A stretch of DNA of 64,000 nt from Chiloscyllium plagiosum (Eukaryota), in the NCBI RefSeq assembly GCF_004010195.1, contig NC_057718.1, forward strand, positions 16,646,192-16,710,191, given 5' to 3'. Each line of letters opens with the position of its first letter. Position 1 is the stretch's first letter. Shown one piece after another: positions 24,479 through 37,497 of the stretch. Both the position numbers and the translations under genes were made by a program. Under the pieces are notes generated by a model, which did no database searches, was not told where the DNA came from, and saw only the letters and a list, made by a program, of their open reading frames with translations.

Positions 24479-25407
24479 ATGACCTTCAGGAGAGTAATAT
24501 GCTCTTCTTGTCGGATGTGGGAGTTGAGGGAGAGCTTACATGTTACTGTGAATTATGTCTGTAGGAAATGTCTTTGGTTGCGAATCCTATCAGAGCAAAT
24601 GGATCAGTTGGAACGACAGTTACAGGCAATGAGGGATTTACAACAGCTAGGGGAATTGATCGATGTCAGTTATAGGAAGGGAGAAAAGCCGCAGATACAG
24701 ACAGACAGATGGGTTAACTCCAGGAAAGATAGGAGAGGGAGGCAGGTAGTGCAGGAGTCTTGCGTGGCTATCCCCATTTCAAACAAGTATGCTGTTTTGG
24801 AAAATGTAGGAGGTGATGGACTCTAAGGGGAACGTAGCACGAACAGCAAAGTTTCTGGTATCGAGACAGGCTCTAATGTAATGAAGGGTACGTTGGATTC
24901 CAAACGATTGTGATGGGGGACTCTCTAGTCAGAGGCACATACAGATGTTTCTGCAGCCAGCAGGGAAAAATTAGAATGGTGTGTTGCCTCACTGGTGCCA
25001 GGATTAAGGATGTCTCAGAGAGGCTGCAGAATGTTCTCAAAGGGGAGTAGGACCAGCAGGAGGTCATTGTATACATTGCAACCAATGACATAGGAAGGAA
25101 AAAGGATGAAATTCTGAAGGGGGAATACAGAAAGTTAGGCAGGAATTTAAAAAGGAGGGCCTCAAGGGTAGTAATATCTAGATTACTCCTGGTGTTACGA
25201 GCTAGTGAGGGTAGAAAAATGAGGAAAGACCAGATGGGTGCATGGCTGAGGAGCTGATGTATGGGAGAAGGGTTCACATTTTTGGATCACTGGAATTTCT
25301 TTTGGGGTAGAAGTGATCAGTATAAGGATGGATTGCACCTGAATAGTAAAGGGACTAATATACTGGCAAGAAGATTTGCTAGAGCTGCTCAGGAAGATTT
25401 CAACTAG
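24479..25407 (+). pseudogene. CR1 ORF1 (CxxC...CxxC zinc finger, coiled coil, SGNH/GDSL esterase), disrupted
   Basis: MTFRRVICSSCRMWE...YVCRKC, GDSLVRG, CCLTGARIKDV, HIATNDIGR, DGLHLN; premature stops. Confidence 0.88.
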
Positions 25408-25539
25408 TAAGGTGGAGGGGGTAGGACCCAGGGAGATAACGGAGAAAGAGATCAATCTGAGACTGGTACAGTTGAGAAAGGAAGTGAGTCATACAGTTAG
25501 GGCAGGCAGAGACAAATCAGAGAACAAGGTAGGACTGAT

Positions 25540-28260
25540 AAATTAAACTGCATTTACTTCAGTGCAAGAGGACTAACAGGGCAGGCAGATGAACTCAGGG
25601 TATGGTTAGGAACATGGGACTAGGATAGCATAGTAATTACAGAAACGTGGCTCAGGGATCGACAAGACTGGCAGCTTAACGTTCCAGGATACAAATGCTA
25701 CAGGAAGGATGGGGGGGGGGGCAAGAGAGGAGGGGGAGTGGTGTTTTTGATAAGGGATAGCATTACGCCTGTACTTACAGAGGATATTCCTGGAAATACA
25801 TCCAGGTAAGTGATTTGGGTGGAACTGAGAAATATGAAAGGGATGATCACCTTATTTGAGATTGTATTATAGACCCCGTAATAGTCAGAGGGAAATTGAG
25901 AAACAAATTTACAAGAAGATCTCAGTTATCTGTAAGAATAATAGGGGGGTTATGATAGGGAATTTTAACTTTCCAAACATAGACTGCGAATGCCATAGTG
26001 TTAAGATGGAGAGGAATTTGTTAAGTGTGTCCAAGAAGATTTTCTGATTCAATATGTGGATATACCTACTAGAGAAGATGCAAAAACTTGACTTATTCTT
26101 GAGAAATAGGACAGGGCAGGTGACTGAGGTGTCAGTGGGGGAGCACTTTGGGGCCAGCGACCATAATTCCATTAGTTTTAAAACAGTGATGGAAAAGGAC
26201 AGACCAGATCTAAAAGTTGAAGTTCTAAATTGGAGAAAGGCTAATTTTGACGGTATTTGGCAAGAATTTTCAAAAGCTGACTGGGGACAGATGTTCACAG
26301 GTAAAAGGATGGCTGGAAAACAGGAAACCTTCAAAATTGAGATAATGAGAGTCCAGAGACAGTATATTCCTGTTAGGGTAAAAGGCAAGGCTGATAGGTG
26401 TATGGAATGCTGGATGACCAGAGAAATTGAGGTTTTTGGTTAAGAAAAAGAGGGAAGCATATGCCAAGTATAGACTGGAGAGATTGAGAGAATCCTTAGA
26501 AGAGTATAAAGGCAGTAGGAGTATACTTCAGAGGGAAGTCAGGAGGGCAAAAAGGGGACATAAGATAACTAGAGAGAGAATAGGGCCCCTCAAAGATTAA
26601 CAAGGCAGCCTATGCATGGAACCGCAGGAGATGGGGAAGATGCTAAACGAGTATTTTGCATCCGTATTTACTGTGGAGAAGGACATAGAAGATGTGGAAT
26701 GTAGGGAAATAGATGGTGACATTTTAAAAAGTGTCCACATTACAGAGGAGGAAGTGTTGGATGTCTTGAAACACATAAAAGTGAGTAAATCTCCAGGATC
26801 TGATCAGGTGTACCCTAGAACTCTGTGAGAAGCTAAGGAAGTGATTGCTGATCCCCTTGCTGAGATATTTGTATCATCAATAGTCACAGGTGAGGTGCCG
26901 GAAGACTGGAGGTTGACAAACGTGGTACCACTGTTTAAGAAAGGTGGTAAGGAAAAGCCAGGGAACAATAGACCAGTGAGCCTGATGTCGGTGGTACAAG
27001 TTGTTGGAGGGAATCCTGAGGGACAGGATTTACATATATTTGGAAAGGCAAGGACTGATATAGGACAGTCAACATGGCTTTATGTTTGGGAAATCATGTC
27101 TCACAAACTTGATTGGGTTTTTTGAAGTAGTAACAAAAAGGATTAATGAGGGCAGAGCGGTGACGTGATCTATTTGGACTTTAGTAAGGCGTTCGACAAG
27201 GTTCCCCATGGGAGACTGGTTATCAAGGTTAGATCTCACAGAATACAGGGAGAACTCATCTTTTGGATACAGAATTGGCTCAAAGGTAGAAGACAGAGGC
27301 TGGTGGTGGAAGCCTGTGACCAGTGGAGTGTCACAAGGACCAGTGCTGAGTCCATTACTTTTCGTCATTTATATAAATGATTTGGATGCAAGCATATTAG
27401 GTACAGTTAGTAAGTTTGCAGATGACACCAAAATTGGAGGTGTAGTGAACAGTGAAGAAGGTTACCTCAGATTACAACAGGATCTTGATTAGATGGGCCA
27501 ATGGGCTGAGAAGTGGTAGATGGAGTTTAATTTAGATAAATGTGAAGTGCTGCATTTTGGGAAAGCAAATCTTAGCAGGACTTATACATTTAATTGTATG
27601 GTCCGAGGGGGTGTTGCTGAACAAACAGACCTTGGAGTTCAGGTTCATAACTCCTTGAAAATGGAGTCGCAGGTAGATAGGATAGTGAAGAAGGCATTTG
27701 GTATACTTTCCTTTATTGGTCAGAGTACTGAGCACAGGAATAGGAAGGTCATGTTGCAGCTGTACAGGATGTTGGTTATGCCACTTTTGGAATATCGTGT
27801 GCAGTTCTAGTCTCCTTCCTATCGGAAGGATGTTGTGAAACTTGAAAGGGTTCAGAAAAGATTTACAAGGATATTGCCAAGGTTTAAGGGTTTGAGCTAT
27901 AGAGAGAGGCTGAATAGGCTGGGGCTGTTTTCCCTGGAGTGTCAGAGGCTGAGGGGTGACCTTATAGAGATTTATAAAATCATGAGGGGCATGGATACGA
28001 TAAATGGACAAAGTCTCTTCCTTCGAGAGGCGGAGTCCAGATTTAGAGGGCATAGGTTTAGGGTGAGAGGGGAAAGATATAAAAAAGACCTAAGGGGCAA
28101 CTTTTTCACACAGAGGGTGGTACGTGTATGGAATGAGCTGCCAGAGGAAGTGGCAGAGGGGAGATAATTGCAACATTTAAAAGGCATCTGGATGGGTATA
28201 TGAATAGGAAGGGTTTGGAGAGATATGGGGCGAGTGCTGGCAGGTGGGACTAGATTGGAT
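25540..28260 (+). pseudogene. CR1 ORF2 (APE endonuclease + RT), disrupted
   Basis: ITETWL, GNFNFPNID, SDHNSI, DFSKAFDKVPH, KFADDTK motifs; several stops and frameshifts and a ~60-bp deletion near 26565. Confidence 0.9.
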
Positions 28261-28329
28261 TGGGATATCTAGTCAGCATGGACGAGTTGAACCGAAGGGT
28301 ATGTTTCAATGCTGTACATCTCTATGACT

Positions 28330-29265
28330 CCCTGGGCATAGGAGCAGTGCCAGAAGATTGGAGGACAGCCAATGTAATTTTATTATTTACGAAGGTAGCA
28401 AGGGATAAAACAGGAAACTGCAGGCCAGTCCATCCAACTTCAGTAATGGGAAAACCATTGGAAGCAATTCTGAGGAACATAATTGATCTGCAGTTGAACA
28501 AGTAGGAATTAATCAAGAATAGTCAGCATGGTTTTGTTAAGGCGTGGTCATGACTGACCAACTTGTTAAATTTTTTGAAGCAGTAACCAAGTGTGATGAT
28601 TAGGGCAATGTATTTGCTGCAGTCTGCTTGGTTTTCACCAAGACTTTTGCTAACGTCCCACTGGGAGACTGACATTGGAAGTAAGAGCCCACTAGATCCA
28701 AGGAAATTTGGCAAATTGTATGGAAAATTGGCTGAGTGGCAGAAAGCAGCAGTTGATGATTGAGGCAGGTTTTTGTGATTGAAAGCTTGTATAAGGCAGT
28801 AGATTACATGGTGAACACTAGGACCCTGGTGAGCATCAAGGATCAGGAGGATTTGCGTGTCCATGTCCTTAACGTATAGGGCAGGTAGATAAAGTGGTTT
28901 GAAAACACGTGAGATACTTAGCTTTATTAGCCAAGATTGGAATTAATAAATTTAGGAGAGGCATAGTCAGGGTAGAAAGGAAGAAACTTTTCACTTTCAT
29001 GGAGGGATCAATGACCGGGGGCATAGACTTAAGGTAATGAGCTGGAGGTTTGGATGGGAAATTAGAAAAAATGGTTTTCACCTGAGGGTGGTGGGAATCT
29101 GGAACTCACCACCTGTAAATGTGGTAGAGGCAGAAATCCTTATAACGTTTAAAAAGTATTTAAACAAACACTTGCTATAGTCCAAGTGCCAGAAAATGGG
29201 GTTAGAACAGTGAGATGTTTGTTTTTGACCAGGGCAGACTTGATGGACCGAAGAGCCTTTTAGGT
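28330..29265 (+). mobile_element. Older CR1, 3' part (continuation of 21320-23850)
   Basis: Resumes at SLGIGAVPEDWRTANV, directly continuing IILNS; has internal deletions. Confidence 0.85.
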
Positions 29266-29295
29266 GTTAAATTATTTAGGTGTTGTAGACCTTTA

Positions 29296-31410
29296 TGAGG
29301 TGTCAGTGGGGGAGCACTTTGGGGCCAGCGACCATAATTCTATTCGTTTTAAAATAGTGATGGAAAAGGACAGACCAGATCTAAAAGTTGAAGTTCTAAA
29401 TTGGAGAAAGGCCAATTTTGACGGTATTAGGCAAGAACTTGAAAGCTGATTGGAGGCAGATGTTCGCAGGTAAAGGGACGGTTGGAAAATGTGAAGCCTT
29501 CAGAAATGAGATAACAAGAATCCAGAGAAAGTATATTCCTGTCAGGGTGAAAGGGAAGGCTGGAGGGTATAGGGAATGCTAGATGACTAAAGAGGTTGAG
29601 GGGTTGGTAAAGAAAAAGAAGGAAGCATATGTCAGGTATACACAGGATAAATCGAGTGAATCCCTAGAAGAGTATAAAGAAAGTAGGAGTATACTTAAGA
29701 GGGAAATCAGGAGGGCAAAATGGGGACATGAGATAGCTTTGGCAAATAGAATTAAGGAGAATCCAAAGGGTTTTTACAAATATATTAAGGACAAAAGGGT
29801 AACTAGGGAGAGAATAGGGCCCCTCAAAGATCAGCAAGGCGGCCTTTGTGTGGAGCCACAGAAAATGGGGAAGATACTAAATGAATATTTTGCATCAGTA
29901 TTTACTGTGGAAAAGGATATGGAAGATATAGACTGTAGGGAAATAGATGGTGACATCTTGTAAAATGTCCAGATTACAGAGGAGGAAGTGCTAGGTGTCT
30001 TGAAATGGTTAAAACTGGATAAATCCCCAGGATCTGATCAGGTGTACCCGAGGACTTTGTGGGAAGCTAGAGAAGTGATTACTGGGCCTCTTGCTCAGAT
30101 ATTTGTATCAACGATAGTCACAGGTGAGGTGCCGGAAGACTGGAGGTTGGCAAACGTGGTGCCACGGTTTAAGAAGGGCGGTAAAGACAAGCCAGGGAAC
30201 TATAAACCGGTGAGCCTGACCTCGGTGGTGGGCAAGTTGTTGGAGGGAATCCTGAGGAACAGGATGTATGTGTATTTGGAAAGGCAAGGTCTGATTTGGG
30301 ATAGTCACCATGGCTTTGTGCGTGGGAAATTATGTCTCACAAACTTGATTGAGTTTTTTGAAGAAGTAACAAAGAAGATTGATGAGGGCAGAGCAGTAGA
30401 TGTGATCTATATGGACTTCAGTAAGGCATTCGACAAGGTTTCCCATGGGAGACTGATTAGCAAGGTTAGATCTCATGGAATACAGGGAGAACTAGCCATT
30501 TGGATACAGTAGTGGACAGCGAAGAGGGTTACCTCAGATTACAACAGGATCTGGACCAGATGGGCCAATGGGTTGAGAAGTGGCAGATGGAGTTTAATTC
30601 AGATAAATGCGAGGTGCTTATTTTGGGAAAGCAAATCTTAGCAGGCTTATGCACTTAATGGTAAGGTCCTAGGGAGTGTTGTTGAACAAAGAGACCTTGG
30701 AGTGCAGGTTCATAGCTCCTTGAAAGTGGAGTCGCAGGTAGATAGGATAGTGAAGAAGGTGTTTGGTATGCTTTCCTTTATTGGTCAGAGTACTGAGTAC
30801 AGGAGTTGGGAGATCATGTTGCGGCTGTACAGGACATTGGTTAGGCCACTGTTGGAATATTGCGTGCAATTCTGGTCTTCTTCCTGTCAGAAAGATGTTG
30901 TGAAACTTGAAAGGGTTCAGAAAAGATTTACAAGGATGTTGCCAGGGTTGGAGGATTTGAGCTACAGGGGAGAGGCTGAACTGGCTGGGGCTGTTTTCCC
31001 TGGAGCTTTGGAGGCTGAGGGGTGATCTTATAGAGGTTTACAAAATTATGAGGGGCATGGATAGGATAAATAGACAAAGTCTTTTCCCTGGGGTGGGGGA
31101 GTCCAGAACTAGAGGGCATAGGTTTAGGGTGAGAGGGGAAAGATATAAAAGAGACCTAAAGGGCAACGTTTTCATGCAGAGGGTGGTACGTGTATGGAAT
31201 GATCTGCCAGAGGATGTGATGGAGGCTGGTACAATTGCAACATTAAAGAGGCATTTGGATGGGTATATGAATAGGAAGGGTTTGGAGGGATATGGGCCGG
31301 GTGCTGGCTGGTGGGACTAGATTGGGTTGGGATATCTGGTCGGCATGGACGGGTTGGACCGAAGGGTCTGTTTCCATGCTGTACATCTCTATAACTCTAT
31401 GACTGTATGA
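29296..31410 (+). mobile_element. Young CR1/HER1, 5'-truncated, internal deletion near 30508
   Basis: Long intact ORF pieces; jumps from AIWIQ to VDSEEG; tail ctctataactctatgactgtatga. Confidence 0.95.
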
Positions 31411-32466
31411 ATAAATTGTTATTGAAAAGATAGCAGCAAATCACAAGGTGAAATAAGAAACAAACTTAACAGCAGCCAGTTTGAGTAATTAGGGCGAGTT
31501 AGATCTCTCACCATACATAGGAATAAAGTGAACAATGATACATAGGACAAATGAGACTCTTTGGTTCAGTCAACCTATCTCACATTATACATATGGTCTA
31601 CCTCATTGTGTGATCTGCAGGGAGTGGTAAAAAACAGTTCAGGTCAGTGTGGCAAAAAGTTAAAAAAAATCTGGGAAACGTCTCTGTGCAGGCTTGCAGT
31701 CCTTCTGCAGCTACATATACCACATGTTGTGATTACAGTTTTTCTCTAACTGTTAACTTAACAATGTTTCCAAAATTATATATGCAGAGAAAACATTTCT
31801 GGAACATTGCACTACTTCTTTTAGGCGCTGTCCAGAAATTTGGAGAAACGACCCCATGGCTACTCAGTATTTACATGGTGACTTGTGGCACCATATCAGG
31901 ACCCCCAGGCTTGAAAAGTAATGATCTTGTGCTCCTCCATCTTAGTAAAATTTCTCTCCAGTCTCATTTCTTCAGTTTTAGCACATCACGTTAAGTCTAC
32001 AAACATGAAACTGACTGAAACACCTAAGAAAACCCCAAATACATAAATTCTAATGCACTAAATGACTTCCCTTCCCCTTTGTATTGTAGTTCCTGACCCA
32101 AACACTCCTTAAATATCAGTACTGCACTAAGCATAGTCAATCTGCTGCCAAATTCATCTACAGAAGGCATATTTTACAAGTCTAATCATTTCAGTGTAAT
32201 TTTGTAAAGCGTTTCTGTTGTGCTCGTTAAATTCCTGAATGAATCATTTAAATTACTGTCATACAAAGATTTGCAAATTGATTTTTTTTATCTACACTTT
32301 ACAGAAATCCTAATTCAAATAAAATCCTGACTTCATAGACCATTTTTGGCATTTAGTTATGCATTTATCAAGGATGAACAGTACTGTGTGTTAATGAAAT
32401 AAACGACTGTTGACAATAACAATTCAGCTCAGTAACCAACAAGGTATATTCTTCTCCTCCTGAAAT

Positions 32467-32645
32467 TGGAGTTGCCGGTGTTGGACTGGGATGTACACAA
32501 TACCAGGGCAGAGTCCAACAGGTTTATTTGGAAGCACTAGCTTTCGGAGTGTTTGTCAACCATCTGATGAAGGAGCAGCACTCTGAAAGCTAGTACTTCC
32601 AAACAGACCTGTTGGACTATAACCTGGTGTTAAATGATTTTTTTA
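32467..32645. mobile_element. Penelope-like palindromic insertion (family B) with hammerhead core
   Basis: Inverted arms gtccaacaggtttatttggaagcactagctttc / gaaagctagtacttccaaacagacctgttggac; core CTGATGA-AGGAGCAGCACTCT-GAAAGCTA at 32564-32592. Confidence 0.75.
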
Positions 32646-32861
32646 CTTCTTTTTCTCTGACTCCATGGTCAAACTAAGATCATCAATTTAATAGACATGA
32701 CTTAAGGAGCAGAACTAGACCACTCAGCCCTTTGAGTCTGCTCTGTCATTCAATATAATTGTATCTGAACTTCAACTTTGATGTACAATCATCACGCCTT
32801 CTCATTTCTTTAGTATATACAAATATCTATTGATTTCTGTCTGGAATAGGTTCAATAACAA

Positions 32862-32963
32862 GTGGGAGAAAATGAGGACTGCAGATGCTAGAGATCAGAG
32901 TCAAAAAAGTGTGGCACTGGAAAAGCACAGCCAGTCAGGCAGCACCTGAGGAGTAGGAGAGTC
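32862..32963 (-). mobile_element. Penelope-like fragment (family A)
   Basis: Reverse complement of the family A body; lacks the core. Confidence 0.7.
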
Positions 32964-33002
32964 ATTCAGTTTTACTGGGAGGGGGTGTAGGGGGAAATGT
33001 GA

Positions 33003-34115
33003 TGATTTTATTTGTTTTACTGTTGTCACATGTAGCTAAGTACAGTGAAAAGTTTTATTTTGCAAGCTGTACAAGCAGATCATAACAAACAAGGACATAC
33101 AGATCATAACATGCTTAGACAGAGTGAGGCATACAAAGTTATGGCTGCACAGGAGGTGCACAAAAGCAAGATCAACATTCGATTTGAAATTTGAGAGGTC
33201 CATTCAGCAGTCTAATAACAGCTGGGAAGAGGCTGTTCTTGAACCTGTTGGTGTGTGTTCAAGCTTCTGTATTTTCTGCCTGATGGAAGAGGTTGGAAGA
33301 GAGTATTACCAGGTGATAGGGGTTTTTGATGATGTTGGTAGCCTTTCTGCAGGAGATGTGTAAATGGAGACAATGGATGGGAGATTGGCTTCTGTGACGG
33401 TTTGGGCTGTGCACTCAACCTTCTGTAGTTTCTTATGGTCCTGGGCAGAGCAACTGCCACACCAGGTCATTATGTACCCAGACAGAATGCTTTCCATGCT
33501 GCATCTGTAGAGATTGGTGAGGGTCCTAATGGACATGCTGAATTTCCTAAGCCTCCTGATGAAGAAAGGTATTGTTGTGCCTCTTGACTGTCGCATCTAT
33601 GTGGGAGTTCAAAAACAGATTGTTGGTTATTGTCACTCCTAAGAACTTGATGTTCCGACCCTCTCCACCTCTACTCTATTGATATCCTCCTCTTTTCTTC
33701 CTGCAGTCAATGATCAGTTCTTTTGCTTTGCTGATATTGAAAGAGAGATTGTTATCATTGCACCATGACACAAAGCACTCTATTTCCTTCCTGTATTCTG
33801 ATTCAACATTGTTGAATATCTGGCCTACAAGAGGGGTGTTGTCAGCAAACCTGTAGATGGCGTTCATATGAAATTTGGCTACACAGTCATGTGTGTACAA
33901 GGAGCACAATAGGGGGCTGAGTACGCATCCTTGCAAGGCACGGGTGTTAAGGATTATTGTGGAGGAGATGCAGTCTACTTTTGCTGATTGCAGTCTCTGG
34001 GTCAGGAAGCTTAAGATCCAGTTGCAGAGGGTACAGTCAAGACCTAGGTCTTGGAATTTTGAGATTAGTTTGTTGGGAATTATACTGTTGAAGGTGGTTC
34101 TATAGTCGATAAGTA
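33003..34115 (-). mobile_element. Rex1/Babar-like LINE, 3' part
   Basis: IDYRTTFNSIIP, QGCVLSPLLCSLYTHDC, YRFADNT, LRKFSMS, ESILSGY motifs. Confidence 0.88.
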
Positions 34116-35055
34116 TTTCATTCTCAATAACACTCAACACTGGAGCCCCCAGGGGTGTGTACTCAGCCCGCTACTATACTCACTGTATACCCATGACTGC
34201 ATCGCCAAATACCAGACTAATTCCATTTACAAATTCGCTGATGACACCACCATAGTCAGTTAAATCTCAGATGGTGACGAAACAGACTACAAATGGGAGG
34301 TGGAAGACCTGGAAAAATGGCGCACTGAGAACAACCTAGCTCTTAATTCTGGCAAAACAAAAGAACTCATTATAGACTTTCACCAGATGTTACTCATGTC
34401 CTCCTACACATTAACAGCACAGAGGTGGAACGAGTGGAAAGTGTCAAGCTCCTGGAAGTGATCATCCACAACAAGCTTTCTTGACCCTTCATGTGGACAG
34501 CACTGGTTACAAATGCCCAATAACGTCTCTTCTTCCTCAGGCAGCTGAGGAAATTTGGCATGATGGCGAATACACTTGCCAACTTTTATAGGTGCACCAT
34601 CAAAAGCATTCTGTCTGGATGTATCACTATCTGGTATGGCAACTGTACCATTCAAGATTGGAGACGGTTACAGAGAGTAGTGAACTCAGCCCAGACAATC
34701 ACAAAGGCCAACCTCCCATTTATAGAATCCATCTATCAGGCCTGCTGTCAAGGAAAGGCCGCCGCATTCTCAAAGATCCATCCCACCCTGGCAATGCTTT
34801 TCTACAACCTCTACCATCGGGGAGAAGGTACAGAAGCCTGAACAGTCGCACCAGCCAGTTTCATAAGTTTCTACCCTACTGTTGTTAGAATACTGAAAGG
34901 ACTCACAAACTCTTAACATTCGCCTGTACAGTGTACCTGTGTTTTTGTTTTTACTGCTGTTTACCTGTTATTTACTTATCTATGCTATTTATATTTTTTG
35001 ATCTGCCTGTACTTCTCGTGTCTTGGTACACATGATAATAAATTCAATTCACTTC
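34116..35055 (+). mobile_element. Rex1-like LINE inserted antiparallel into another Rex1
   Basis: GAP/GCVLSPLLYSLYTHDC, KFADDTT, FYRCTIKSILSG motifs; (attca)-type tail. Confidence 0.9.
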
Positions 35056-35290
35056 AGTAGGAGCCTGATGTAGGTGTCCTTTTTATCCAAATGTTTGAGA
35101 GATGAATGTAGGACTAGGGAAATGTCATTTGCTATGGACCTGTTTCGCCAGCAGGCAAATTGCAAGGGATCGAGGCAGGCGAGGAGGCTAGAGTTGATGT
35201 GGGCTACGACTAACCTCTCAAAGTACTTCATGATTGTGGAAGTCAGAGCCACTGGGAGGGAGTCATTGAGGCATGTTGTATGGCACAGGC
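35056..35290 (-). mobile_element. Rex1-like LINE, 5' part (continuation of 33003-34115)
   Basis: PVALTSTIMKYFERLV...LDPLQFA...TYIRLL joins LIDY across the insertion. Confidence 0.88.
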
Positions 35291-35544
35291 ATATTGCTTG
35301 CTGTCTCCATCTCCCAGGCAAAAATAGATTGCAAACTCCCCAACTTTAATATGCTTGTCCCAAACTGATAAGATGCTCCAGGTGGCCTAAGCAAGCTGAC
35401 AGGGACAGGGGCAGGAGGTTCTGTCCTCAAGAGCTGATCGGCTTACAGCCTTTTCAGTCCTGACAGCAACCAAATGACTGTCATGGGCATTGCTGAGATC
35501 GAAAAGAGGTGAATGAAGAAGTGTCATGGAGACTAGGCAGATAC

Positions 35545-35815
35545 ACAGAACCTAGAACATAGAACAGCACAGCACAGTACAGGTCCTTTGGCTCGCGATG
35601 TTGTGCTGACCCTTTATCCTACTTTAATATCTAACTAAACTACATACCCTTCATTTTACTATCATCCATGTGTCTATCTAAGAGTTGCTTAAATGTCCCT
35701 AATGTATCTGACTCTACTACCACTGTTGGCAGTGCACTCCATGCACCTACCATTCTCTGTGTAGAGAATCAACCTCTGACATCTCCCCCAAACCTTCCTC
35801 CAATCACCTTAAAAT
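35545..35815 (-). mobile_element. CR1 3' end
   Basis: (ttctatg) tail and VGAWSALP motif. Confidence 0.8.
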
Positions 35816-36702
35816 TGGGCTTCTTTGGGTGGGGAGATATAAGGCAGTCTCAGGAGGGGTTGGTGCAGGCTTTGCAGGGAAGGTGAGGAGGGTATAGTTT
35901 TAAAGGGGGTATCCTCAATGTATATAAGCCACCCCTTGTAAAGGATATAAGTCTTCTTCTTTCCCACCTTCCATCTCCCAGTAACTCTGGTAGTGGAGAC
36001 AGATGCGATCCTTAAGGGGCCATTAGTTGGTCACAGAGCCTTTACCAGAACTAAGGGTAGGTAGTGTAGTTGGCACCTTACTCACATTTGAATAAAAAGA
36101 ACCATGTAAGGGAAGGTGATGGGCTATCTACCTGTTATATTTTACATGCTCCCTCTTCTCAACTGAGAATATTCCAGTCTGTTGCTTTGAAAATCCATCC
36201 CTGGAAAAGATTATTCCAAAGATCTTTAATTCTATGAGTAAATAAATTTCACCTCATTTCAGTCCTACATAGCTGACTTTATAAGTGGAATGTGCCCAGT
36301 TAGCAAAATAGCCTCCTTCTGTGCTGTAAAAAATTTATGGCTTGGATCTTCGTCCACAGTGACATGCACAAAGTCAAAAGAGTTCTCAGTTCCACTACAC
36401 TGCCTTTTTCAAAAGGTTATCTGGATGTTACACTTTCCAGTCAGGTCAAGGGTGTGGGATTGGACTATGTTAGTAATTAGAGCAGGTGACCCCAGAAGTC
36501 GTCAGGATTTTACCATGTATGGAGGCAGGCTAAGTGGAAGGTCAGCCTCAGAGCTCCAGCATTGCATACAATATTTTAAAAAGGGATAAAACATAAAACA
36601 TTTCTCACACTCTTACCACTTTAATGTACATACACCACTAATCTTTAGCCTATGCTAACAGAGTAAATTAACAAAGTTTTTTTTAATATTCCATTTTATA
36701 GT

Positions 36703-37497
36703 AATTATAATGAGGTCAGCTCATTGGACATCACAGAATATGACATCCCTGATTGGACCAATCAGAGACACTTGGCTGACATATAAAAATGGTGAGTGTC
36801 ACCTGCACACACACACCATGGGTGCTGGGGAAAAAATAAGCACTACCACACTTAGGTGGTAGTGTGGGGGTTAAATAAAAAAAAGATAAACAGGAAATTA
36901 GGGTCGACTGCCTGTCCTTCTTCCGCGGTTAAAATAAAGAAAAAATAGAAAAAGAAAAGAAAAAAAAGAAAAAAATAAACACGAGTGGGGCCCGGGTAAA
37001 AAAAAATGGTGAGTGTCACCTGCACACACACACACACCATGGGTGCTGGGGGAAAAATAAGCACTACCGCAGTTAGGCAGTAGTGTGGGAAAAAAAAAGA
37101 AAAAAAATTTTTTAAAAATAAACAGGGGTCTCATTGCTTGTCACAGGCCACTCGGATATTTTCCCCTGAGAAAAAAAAGAAAAAAATATATAACCAGGAG
37201 ATTCACACAGCAGTGCCCTTTGATGAGAAGGGCACTGCTTGTCACTGGCCACTTGGGTTTTTGCCTATCTTGAGACTTGGATCAGAGTGAGTGTGCACAC
37301 GTGCAAGGTCTCTCCTCCTTGAAGGGGACTGTCCCTGGACTAGCTGCCCCACATTCAGAAAAAAAAATGGTGAGTGTTCGAGATACTGTCACTCTGGTAC
37401 CTGACTCTGTATGAAGCAGTACTATAGTCTAGAAATGTTAATTTATAAATAAAGGGTGACTTGGTGATGGGATACCGGCCTCTGTGGAGTTATTTCA
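36703..37497 (+). mobile_element. Probable solo LTR interrupted by poly(A) insertions
   Basis: CCAAT-like gattggaccaatc, TATA-like atataaaa, AATAAA near 37448 and terminal CA; about 200 bp remain once the inserts are removed. No clear TSD. Confidence 0.55.
36800..37362 (+). mobile_element. Two tandem poly(A) non-LTR 3'-end insertions with extra 3' segments
   Basis: aaaaatggtgagtgt occurs three times (36785, 37002, 37363); each insert starts cacctgcacacac..ccatgggtgctgggg, then a hairpin and A-tracts. Confidence 0.75.

Larger units (their letters stand above)
23851..28329 (+). mobile_element. Apparently full-length CR1/HER1 LINE (~4.5 kb) nested in an older CR1
   Basis: ~630-nt 5' UTR starting near aatccaagatgg, ORF1, ORF2 (EN+RT) and a 3' ctctatgact tail; the host CR1 reading frame is split at both ends. 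Confidence 0.92.

Noticed and set aside
29583..30512. Potentially active RT gene
   Set aside because: 5'-truncated, in-frame stops, and the QGSVLGP/FADD region is deleted.
37215..37232. TGATGA as a snoRNA C box or hammerhead core
   Set aside because: Lies in a hairpin loop; no suitably placed D box or GAAA, and lacks the leading C.
36785..37377. Repeat-spacer-like array (CRISPR-like)
   Set aside because: Vertebrate DNA, only three 15-mers with unequal 200-350 bp intervals; explained as target-site duplications.
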